From IMG/VR virus record IMGVR_UViG_3300020042_012373, positions 1 to 42,622 of that record: a stretch of DNA of 42,622 bases; one strand, given 5' to 3'. The stretch comes from a virus. Its lineage: Duplodnaviria > Caudoviricetes. The notes beneath the pieces are model-generated. The model was not told the DNA's origin. It searched no databases and saw nothing but the letters and a program-made list of their open reading frames with translations. The stretch's first letter is position 1, and every line of letters begins with the position of its first letter. The translations under genes were made by a program, and so were the position numbers. Below, one piece after another: positions 35,590 through 42,622 of this stretch.

Positions 35590-37535
35590 AAAACGAGTAT
35601 TGGTTACTAGACGAACCAAAAAAAGTTATATCTCAGTTAGCCAGAATTCACAGCGAGTGGGGTATTTATTCGTCGTCACCTTTTCGAACTGCGTGGGTCC
35701 GTAACATCCTTGCTTATTATAGCCCAGTCCTACATCCAGGAAGCTGGGACACTTCGCTCATTATGGAAGGTGTCCAAGGCGAACTTGTTAGAATGTATAC
35801 TCCGCAAGCGAGAACCATGACGCGTCAAATGGTGACGCTTGTGACTAAAAATCCCATCTCGGTGAAGTGCATGGCTGAAGTCATGGACGCCGAGATTATG
35901 GACACCATGAAACTTGGGAATGCGGTCGCAGCACAGATTGTGGAACAGCAAAGGCTCGACCACAAAAAGAAACAGCTTGCCGAGTGCGCTATAGTGGCTG
36001 GAATCGCCTTCACCTATACCCGGCTACGGACAGACCGGGGAGACAAAGACCCGATCCTAGACGAAGATGGAGCGGTTATACTCGATGGGGCAGTCGATAT
36101 CTCAATTCACCCCCCTTTCGATATCTACTACGACTCCACGATACCCGTTTGGGACGATATCCCTTGGGTCGAAGTCAAGACCATGCGAAGCCGGTGGGAC
36201 CTTATAGCCCAGCATCCAGAATTGACCGACGAGATACTAGCTATCCCAAGTGCAGCGACGGTCGCGGGGGTTAAGACTTGGTTTGAGCGAGTCACCCAAA
36301 ACGACGACATGATCTACTGCTACGAGATGTATATTCGTCCCTGTCCCGCAGTCCCCAAGGGGCGCATGATGATGTATTCCGGTGAGAAGTGCGTCTACTA
36401 CGACGGGTATAACGCTTACGGGACCATCCCTGTAGAGCCCATGATACCTGAACAGGTCATGGGAACCACGCTAGGGTATCCACAGTTCACGAACCTCATG
36501 GCTTGCCAAGAGATGTACGATAACTCCATGAGCGCGATAGCATCGAACCAGGCGTCCTTTGCGGTCCAAAACATCGCGGTGCCCCGGTCGGCTAACGTGA
36601 ATGTGCAAGAGATTGGGGGGATGCGTTTTACCATGTATACCCCTCAAAACATTCCAGGGGGTGGGAAGCCCGAGGCTATGAACCTCGTCGCGTCCAGTCC
36701 TGAGACATTCAAGTACGCTGACATGCTCAAAGAACAGATGATGGAGATGATGAACCTGAACGGTGCCCTTCGTGGAGCTCCCCCCTCAGGTGCTAGTAGC
36801 GGTGTGGCGATTGCGACCCTCTCAGCGAACGCGATTGAATTTTCCACGTCACTCCAAGAGGCCCTAAATGACTGCCTTTCTCGGACTATTAAGCACGCTA
36901 TCAAATGTTACATAGTTTTTGGTCCAGGAGTTGAGCGGAAGGTCATGATGTCGGGGACTAACAACCAAGTCCAACCGAAGACCTACACTGGAGACCAATT
37001 AAAAACGATTTCCGGTATCAAGATTGCCACTCAAAACCCCCTTATGCAGACCATTGCGGGAAGGTTAGAAGTCGGCGAGAAACTTCTCCAAATGCCAAAG
37101 GATCTTTGGGGGAAATACGTTTCTATTTTGGAAGGCCAGCCACTCCAGAAAATGTATCAAGATGAACTGACTGAGGACGACTTGATTGAAGCGGAAAACG
37201 AGGAGTTATCCAAGGGCGTGCAGGTTCCAAGCCTGATCACCGATGATCACCCCAAGCATATCCAGAAACATGCAGCCGCTTTGTCTGACCCAAAAATCAG
37301 GATGCAAGGGCAGATGATTGAGATATATTTAGCCCATATTGAAGAACACTACCAATTAGCCTTGCAGCAAGATCCTAGCTTAACGGCCATGATAAGAACT
37401 GGTAAAATGCCTGAAGGCGGTCTCCAGCCTATGCCTCCCCCGCAAGGGGCTATGCCCCCCGGAAGTGAATCCCAAGAAATGCCTGCGCTACCGACCGCGA
37501 AACCCGCGAAAGATCTTATTGAGGGGCAACGATAA
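35586..37535 (+). CDS. Portal protein (P22/T7-like podoviral type)
   Basis: ~650 aa; HPPFDIYYD, LMACQEMYD, ALRG.PPSGASSGVAIATL, TDDHPKHIQKH, Pro-rich tail; ORF track 35550, likely TTG 35586. Confidence 0.85.
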   Translation: MKNEYWLLDEPKKVISQLARIHSEWGIYSSSPFRTAWVRNILAYYSPVLHPGSWDTSLIMEGVQGELVRMYTPQARTMTRQMVTLVTKNPISVKCMAEVMDAEIMDTMKLGNAVAAQIVEQQRLDHKKKQLAECAIVAGIAFTYTRLRTDRGDKDPILDEDGAVILDGAVDISIHPPFDIYYDSTIPVWDDIPWVEVKTMRSRWDLIAQHPELTDEILAIPSAATVAGVKTWFERVTQNDDMIYCYEMYIRPCPAVPKGRMMMYSGEKCVYYDGYNAYGTIPVEPMIPEQVMGTTLGYPQFTNLMACQEMYDNSMSAIASNQASFAVQNIAVPRSANVNVQEIGGMRFTMYTPQNIPGGGKPEAMNLVASSPETFKYADMLKEQMMEMMNLNGALRGAPPSGASSGVAIATLSANAIEFSTSLQEALNDCLSRTIKHAIKCYIVFGPGVERKVMMSGTNNQVQPKTYTGDQLKTISGIKIATQNPLMQTIAGRLEVGEKLLQMPKDLWGKYVSILEGQPLQKMYQDELTEDDLIEAENEELSKGVQVPSLITDDHPKHIQKHAAALSDPKIRMQGQMIEIYLAHIEEHYQLALQQDPSLTAMIRTGKMPEGGLQPMPPPQGAMPPGSESQEMPALPTAKPAKDLIEGQR

Positions 37536-39370
37536 TGGCCTACGCATTCGATAAAATCTTAAATACGATGAATGACAAGATTAACGTCTTTGGCCAACAA
37601 CCCCAAGGCCAGCAAGGCGGTCAGCCACAGACTCAGGGCCAAGGTCAGCAAGGCGAGCAAAAGACCACCACAGATGGGGACGTTGGTTCAGGCGGTGGGT
37701 CTGGAAGCTCTAACGGTGGGGCAAGTGCGACGGTAGACAATTCGGCCAACGCAAACCAAGCGGCTTTTGCTGCAGCGAAGGCCCAGCCAATGTCCAAATT
37801 TAAGCCCTTCGCTGAAGTTGGTCAAAAGCTAGCGACCAATGAAAAAGCCCTCCAAGATGAAGCTGACAGTTACGTCAAAGCTGAGACTGATAAGCAAACC
37901 TATGACATAGCCAATCCTGAAATCGACAAGGCTATTGGTGGTGACGAAGATTCGCAGTCCAAAGTGGGCGGTTTAGTCTCTCGAACCACAATCAATCCAG
38001 TGGCCAAGTTTGCCCCTAAAACAAATCCCGTTGTCGATGATATCCAAAAGTTTAACTCTGAACCTGGACTCACCGGGTATTTTAGATCCCAGTACGGCCC
38101 GTCCTACTCTCGAGGCGCGGCTCAGTTTGATATTGGCAGACTGCAAAGTGACCCCGAGTTTTTCACAAACCTTCGCGGTTTGCAGGGGAAACAGCAAGAT
38201 TTAGTGAATAAAGCCGAGGGATTTTTCGATCCCGAAAAGGGGCTAGAAAAGACTGTCACCACCACTGGAAATACCAGGCTTGAAGCTTCCAAGAAAGCCG
38301 CGGCTGATTATCTTAAGAAAATACGTGGAGACATAGAGGGGACCAATGCCGGGGAGCTCAAAGCATTCACGGATGAACTAGAAAAGATTAAAAATGACCC
38401 AGCTTACCGGGCTTCAAAAGTGGCTGGCGGCCTATCGGATCCAGGGATACAAACCGGCATTCAGCAAGCCATTGCAGCAAATCCCGAGCTAGGAAAATAC
38501 CTGACCCCTCAAGCGATTGAAGCTTTTGGTCTCAATCCCGCGGATTTTGCCAAGATCTTCGACGGGACTGTGACAGCCGACAATTTCTACGATGAAGGTG
38601 AAGCCAATAGATTTAACCGAATTAACACCATGCTTGGAGTCGGCGGTCCAGGTAGGGTCGCTGGAACGGCTCCACAGGCAGGGGCGACCTTTGACACGGA
38701 AGGCTACCTTAAAGGCGTGATCGGTAAAGGATCGGCGGCGAATGAAACCGCCAACGCTGCAGCAAGGGCTAGGATCAAAGAGATCAGGGATATTGCGGCG
38801 GCGAGAAGGGCTCAAGCTCTTGAGAGACTAAAACAGGCTGACTACGAAGGCTGGAAGAAGAATAAGCAAAATACTCTTGTCGGTAAATACTCGCGAGAAG
38901 GTGGGGATTTAAATCAATTGATGGGTGTGGATGTAAATCAGTTCTTTAGGGGTGTCCCCACCGAGGGGCTTACCGACGAGGACTTTATCGATCTAACTCA
39001 GTCAAACGACCTGAACACCTCCTTTGAGGAGCTCATGGACCCTACAAGAATGAGCTCGGGACGGTTTGCGGAAGGTTACAATCCAGCCAATTTTACCTTT
39101 GATGAAGCCGGGTATGAGGAGGCTCTAAGAAGGCTTATGCCTACACCTCAAAGCGCACCATTACAGAATCCTCAGGCTGGCCAAGGAGACCCTAACTGGA
39201 TCCTCCAGAAACAAGCGGCGGCCATAGGGAAACTTGGAGCCGTTGGCAGCGATATAGCAGGCGCAGGCCAGCAACTTTATAATGCACCACAGAATATAGC
39301 CAATGCCGTGACACCACCAAAAGTAGCAGCGACAGTGAAGAATTTGAAAAAAGGTAAAGTCAAGTTTTAG
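37535..39370 (+). CDS. Putative ejection/internal virion protein, 611 aa (variant B)
   Basis: Gln/Gly-rich N-terminus and helical body, TAATG-coupled to the portal. Confidence 0.7.
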   Translation: MAYAFDKILNTMNDKINVFGQQPQGQQGGQPQTQGQGQQGEQKTTTDGDVGSGGGSGSSNGGASATVDNSANANQAAFAAAKAQPMSKFKPFAEVGQKLATNEKALQDEADSYVKAETDKQTYDIANPEIDKAIGGDEDSQSKVGGLVSRTTINPVAKFAPKTNPVVDDIQKFNSEPGLTGYFRSQYGPSYSRGAAQFDIGRLQSDPEFFTNLRGLQGKQQDLVNKAEGFFDPEKGLEKTVTTTGNTRLEASKKAAADYLKKIRGDIEGTNAGELKAFTDELEKIKNDPAYRASKVAGGLSDPGIQTGIQQAIAANPELGKYLTPQAIEAFGLNPADFAKIFDGTVTADNFYDEGEANRFNRINTMLGVGGPGRVAGTAPQAGATFDTEGYLKGVIGKGSAANETANAAARARIKEIRDIAAARRAQALERLKQADYEGWKKNKQNTLVGKYSREGGDLNQLMGVDVNQFFRGVPTEGLTDEDFIDLTQSNDLNTSFEELMDPTRMSSGRFAEGYNPANFTFDEAGYEEALRRLMPTPQSAPLQNPQAGQGDPNWILQKQAAAIGKLGAVGSDIAGAGQQLYNAPQNIANAVTPPKVAATVKNLKKGKVKF

Positions 39371-41173
39371 AGGGTAAACTATGCTCCCAGCAGTTATAGC
39401 CGTAGCAGGAATTGCAGCCGTAGGCGGCTTGGTCAATCTTTATAATGCCGAGAAAGCTAGGGGGGCAGACCGTCAAAGACTGAAAGAGATTCGTTCTCTT
39501 TTTGAAAAGATTAAGCCCCCAGATTATGATGTGTCAATTGACGCTCCCCCGCAATACCACGAACAGGCTTTAAAACAGCCTAAATACTCCGATCCTCAAC
39601 AAGCCCCCCAGTTTGATACCTCGAGACTCAATCCTGAGGACTTGAAACTCGTCGGGAAGTATACCCCCCAGCTAGCCCCTTATATTGCCGAGTCAAACCC
39701 CGAGCTCATCAAGCAATCGGGCGAGGCTATGCAAGGTCGCGCTGCACAGAAAAACGCTCTACAAAAATACATGCAAATGGGAGAGACCGGCGATGATGCA
39801 ATATCTGCGCAAGAAAGCGCGATGGCTCAAAGGCGTGCCGGAGCTGATGCTAAGAGCCGTTTGGATTCTCTACAACAATCTTATGCTCGTCGCGGTCAAG
39901 GCGGAGCTGGACTGCAGATGGCAAGTCAGCTTGCTGCCTCGCAAGGATCCAGTGACATGCAAGCCCAAGCTCAAATGCAAGCTGCCGCAGACGCGCAGCG
40001 TCGTCGACTTGGCGCGCTGGCGAGCGGAGCGCAATTAGGCGGGCAGATTTACAATCAAGAAATGGATCTTGCGCAGGATAACGCTGGAATCATCAATAAC
40101 TTTAACCAACGCATGGCCAGTGCAAGACAGAATTTTGAGAACCGCCGCGCCGAAGACATGAACATGGCTAACCGCTACAATCTTGGCGTGGAACAGGAAT
40201 TGTCCAACCGCAATACGGGTGCTAGGAATGATGCGGCTGAGAAGAACCTTCGAAGGTCGGACACGCTCACGCAGTACGGTGCTGACTTTAGGACTCGCGA
40301 GAGAAACCGTATGGATGATATCGAACGCGAGCAATATGGCAACGCAAGGTCCGAGCGGGATTACCGCAATAAGCTCGCTGAATCCAAGGCAAACTGGGCG
40401 GCTTCAAACCGTGCCAATTCGAACAAGATAAAATCTCAGCAATTTGGTGATCAGTTTGATTGGGCCAAAGGCATGTCTGGAGCTCTTAACGAAGGACGGT
40501 CTGGGGCACGTCAAGCAGATGTTGACCGAGCTACAGCGGTCCAGGGGTTTGCAAACGCTGGAATGTCTGGGGTAGGCGCTTGGGGAGATTCGCAGGATTA
40601 TAATGATGCGCAAGTCGCTCAAGATGATCGGGCACAAATGTTCAAAACCGGGACATGGATGGACGAAGCGGAGCGCAAGCGAAGGAGGAAACAATATGGC
40701 TATTAACGCCGATCCTTTTGACATGGACGAAAGAGTTAAAAACTACCTCATAAAAAAAGGCGAGCGTGGTTTTGAAGACCCCCAATACATGTATGGCAAA
40801 GGGGCTATTGAGACTGCCGGTCTCCAGGGTATAGCCGGGGGAATGGCACAGATGGGGACTGTGCATGGGAAAACCCCTAGTGTCCAACCCTATGTCGACT
40901 CTTCGACCAAGGCTCTAGGCGGGCTTCAAGCTCTGGCGAAAGAGCCTCTCATAGATCCTCAAGTCATGGAATACATCAAGTCTAGGACGAAACAGCCACT
41001 GACTAGCAAAGCTCCAGCTACAGGGAAACTTTTACCGCAAAAAAACGCTAAGGGAAATTACCTGAAACAAGAGTCAACAGGTGAAGTCGTGGATAGCGGG
41101 ATTCAGGGCTATGAGGCTCCAAGGCCTGAGAAGGATCCAAAGTCCGAAGGGTATAATCTCCCTATCGATAAAA
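38476..41173 (+). repeat. Diverged direct repeat, copy 2 (matches 1-2657)
   Basis: Offset 38475 before and 38516 after the variable C-terminal segment. Confidence 0.95.
39381..40706 (+). CDS. Putative ejection protein, 441 aa, second allele of 865..2190
   Basis: Same length; about 20 amino-acid differences counted by eye. Confidence 0.75.
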   Translation: MLPAVIAVAGIAAVGGLVNLYNAEKARGADRQRLKEIRSLFEKIKPPDYDVSIDAPPQYHEQALKQPKYSDPQQAPQFDTSRLNPEDLKLVGKYTPQLAPYIAESNPELIKQSGEAMQGRAAQKNALQKYMQMGETGDDAISAQESAMAQRRAGADAKSRLDSLQQSYARRGQGGAGLQMASQLAASQGSSDMQAQAQMQAAADAQRRRLGALASGAQLGGQIYNQEMDLAQDNAGIINNFNQRMASARQNFENRRAEDMNMANRYNLGVEQELSNRNTGARNDAAEKNLRRSDTLTQYGADFRTRERNRMDDIEREQYGNARSERDYRNKLAESKANWAASNRANSNKIKSQQFGDQFDWAKGMSGALNEGRSGARQADVDRATAVQGFANAGMSGVGAWGDSQDYNDAQVAQDDRAQMFKTGTWMDEAERKRRRKQYGY

Positions 41174-41196
41174 TCTTGATCAGCCAAACCTTCTAA
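40696..41196 (+). pseudogene. 3'-truncated second copy of the 2180..3130 gene
   Basis: Matches up to YNLPIDK, then breaks at the inversion junction (41173) and ends ILISQTF. Confidence 0.75.
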
Positions 41197-42618
41197 GGGG
41201 ACGCCTTGGAAGTATTTGTTAATATCGACACCCTGCAATCCAGCTAAATCTCGGCCTTCTCTTGAATATTTCCCAATCAAAGCTTCGCGACTTCGGTTTT
41301 TAATGTCGTCGTAATTGATTGAACCAGCCCGTTCCGCTCCCTGCGCCCTTCTAGCCGCTGCAAGGTCCATAATCTCTTTGATACGAGCTCTAGCCGTGGC
41401 ATTTGCAGCTTCGTTTGCCGATGTTCCGCGACCGATCACGTCTTTGAGGTATCTGTCTGAATCAAAGCTCGCCGCGGCTCCTGGAGCCGTTCCCGCGACT
41501 TTTCCCTCGCCTCCCACCCCAAGCATGGTATTAATCGCGTTGAACCGATTGGCTTCACCGGCGTCATAGAAGTTGTCGGCTGTCACGTCACCACTTGCCA
41601 GCTTCGCATAATCCGCGGGATTGAGTCCAAAAGCCGCGATAGCCTCCGGTGTTAGGTATTTCGATAGCTCCGCATTCGCTGCAACAGTCTGATCAATTCC
41701 AGTCCTGATTCCAGGGTCGGCCATTCCACCTGCGACTTTCGAAGCTCGGTAGGCGGGGTCATTTTGAAGACGAGTTAATTCATCCTGGAAACTCTTAAGC
41801 TCGCCAGCGTTGGTTCCCTCTATGTCTCCACGGATTTTTGCAAGATAATCAGCCGCGGCTTTCTTGGAAGCTTCAAGCCTGGTATTTCCAGTGGTCGATA
41901 CTTGTTTCTCCAGTCCAGCCTCGGGATCATAAAATCCCTTTTGCTTTTTCACTAGATCTTGCTGTTTCCCCTCTAAACCGCGAAGGTTTGAGAAAAACTC
42001 AGGGTCGCTTTGCAGTCTGCCAATATCAAATTGGGCCGCGCCTCGAGAGTAAGAGGGGCCGTACTGTGATCTAAAATACCCGGTCAAACCAGGCTCAGAC
42101 TTAAACTTATCTATGTCTGAAACATAAGGGTTGGTCTTAGCTTCGAATTTGGCGACGGGATTGATGGTTTTTTGTGCAACAAGGCCACCGACCCTGCTTT
42201 GTAGTTCTCTGTCACCGCTGATAGCTTTGTCGATATCGGGATTGGCTATGTCATATTTCTGCTTGTCCGTTTCCGCTGCAACATACTTATCAGCTTCTTC
42301 TTGTAAGGCCTTTTCATTGCTTGCTAGCTTTTGACCAATATCAGCAAATGGCTTAAATGAAGATTTTGGCTGGGCCTGCGCTGCAGCAAAAGCCGCTTGA
42401 GTGGAATTGGTAGAATTGTTTACGGTTGCACTAGCCCCACCGTTAGAACTGCCGGGACCCCCACCGGCTCCCACGTCCCCATCAGTCGTGGTTTTCTGCT
42501 CGCCTTGGCTCCCCTGATCTTGAGTCTGTGGCTGACCGCCTTGCTGTCCCTGAGGTTGGCCAAAGACGTTAATCTTGTCATTCATCGTATTTAAGATTTT
42601 ATCGAATGCGTAGGCCAT
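41164..42618 (-). pseudogene. Inverted, 3'-truncated third variant (C) of the 611-aa gene
   Basis: Starts MAYAFDKILNTMNDKINVFGQ like 37535 and is homologous up to DQDFID; the ORF then runs into antisense sequence to 41074. Confidence 0.8.
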
Positions 42619-42622
42619 TATC

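Larger units (their letters stand above)
1..41173. mobile_element. Tailed bacteriophage genome (podovirus-like), about 38.5 kb unit plus redundant end
   Basis: TerL, TerS, scaffold, capsid, portal, adaptor, nozzle, ejection-like genes, endolysin and replication genes; gene order wraps around, with offset 38516 between ATG 865 and ATG 39381. No tape-measure or sheath gene seen. Confidence 0.93.

Noticed and set aside
41074-41163. C-terminal extension REIIPFGLWILL... of the 514-aa ORF as a real domain
   Set aside because: It is the antisense reading of the forward gene beyond the junction.
41164-42622. Shufflon or invertase-driven cassette
   Set aside because: No serine or tyrosine recombinase was recognised, no repeated crossover sites were seen, and both genes are broken at the junction.
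1-42622. Alternative genetic code, lysogeny module, tRNA or rRNA genes
   Set aside because: Genes tile densely with TAA, TAG and TGA all used as stops; no integrase, repressor or structural RNA gene was recognised by eye.

Overview
The window holds an apparently complete tailed-phage genome with a unit length of about 38.5 kb. It looks podovirus-like and uses the standard genetic code. Positions 1-2657 recur, diverged, at 38476-41173, and an inverted third variant of one gene occupies 41164-42622, so the contig probably joins several co-occurring strain variants. Modules in order: putative ejection/internal virion proteins (1-5193 and 37535-41196); small beta-rich virion proteins, a permuted papain-like amidase and an M15 endolysin (5193-10089); ERF and Gp157-like recombination genes; two exported CAP-domain proteins and small membrane proteins; RuvC, an AEP primase, an SF3-like helicase and an iteron-rich origin (13390-16775); three FlbD-like micro-proteins; TerS; an accessory block with an Acb2/Tad1-like protein, a sigma54-type promoter and a glycosyltransferase-like gene; then TerL, scaffold, capsid, tail fibre, adaptor, nozzle and portal. 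I saw no integrase, repressor, DNA polymerase, reverse transcriptase, tRNA or CRISPR array. All family calls come from motif recognition by eye, not from database searches.
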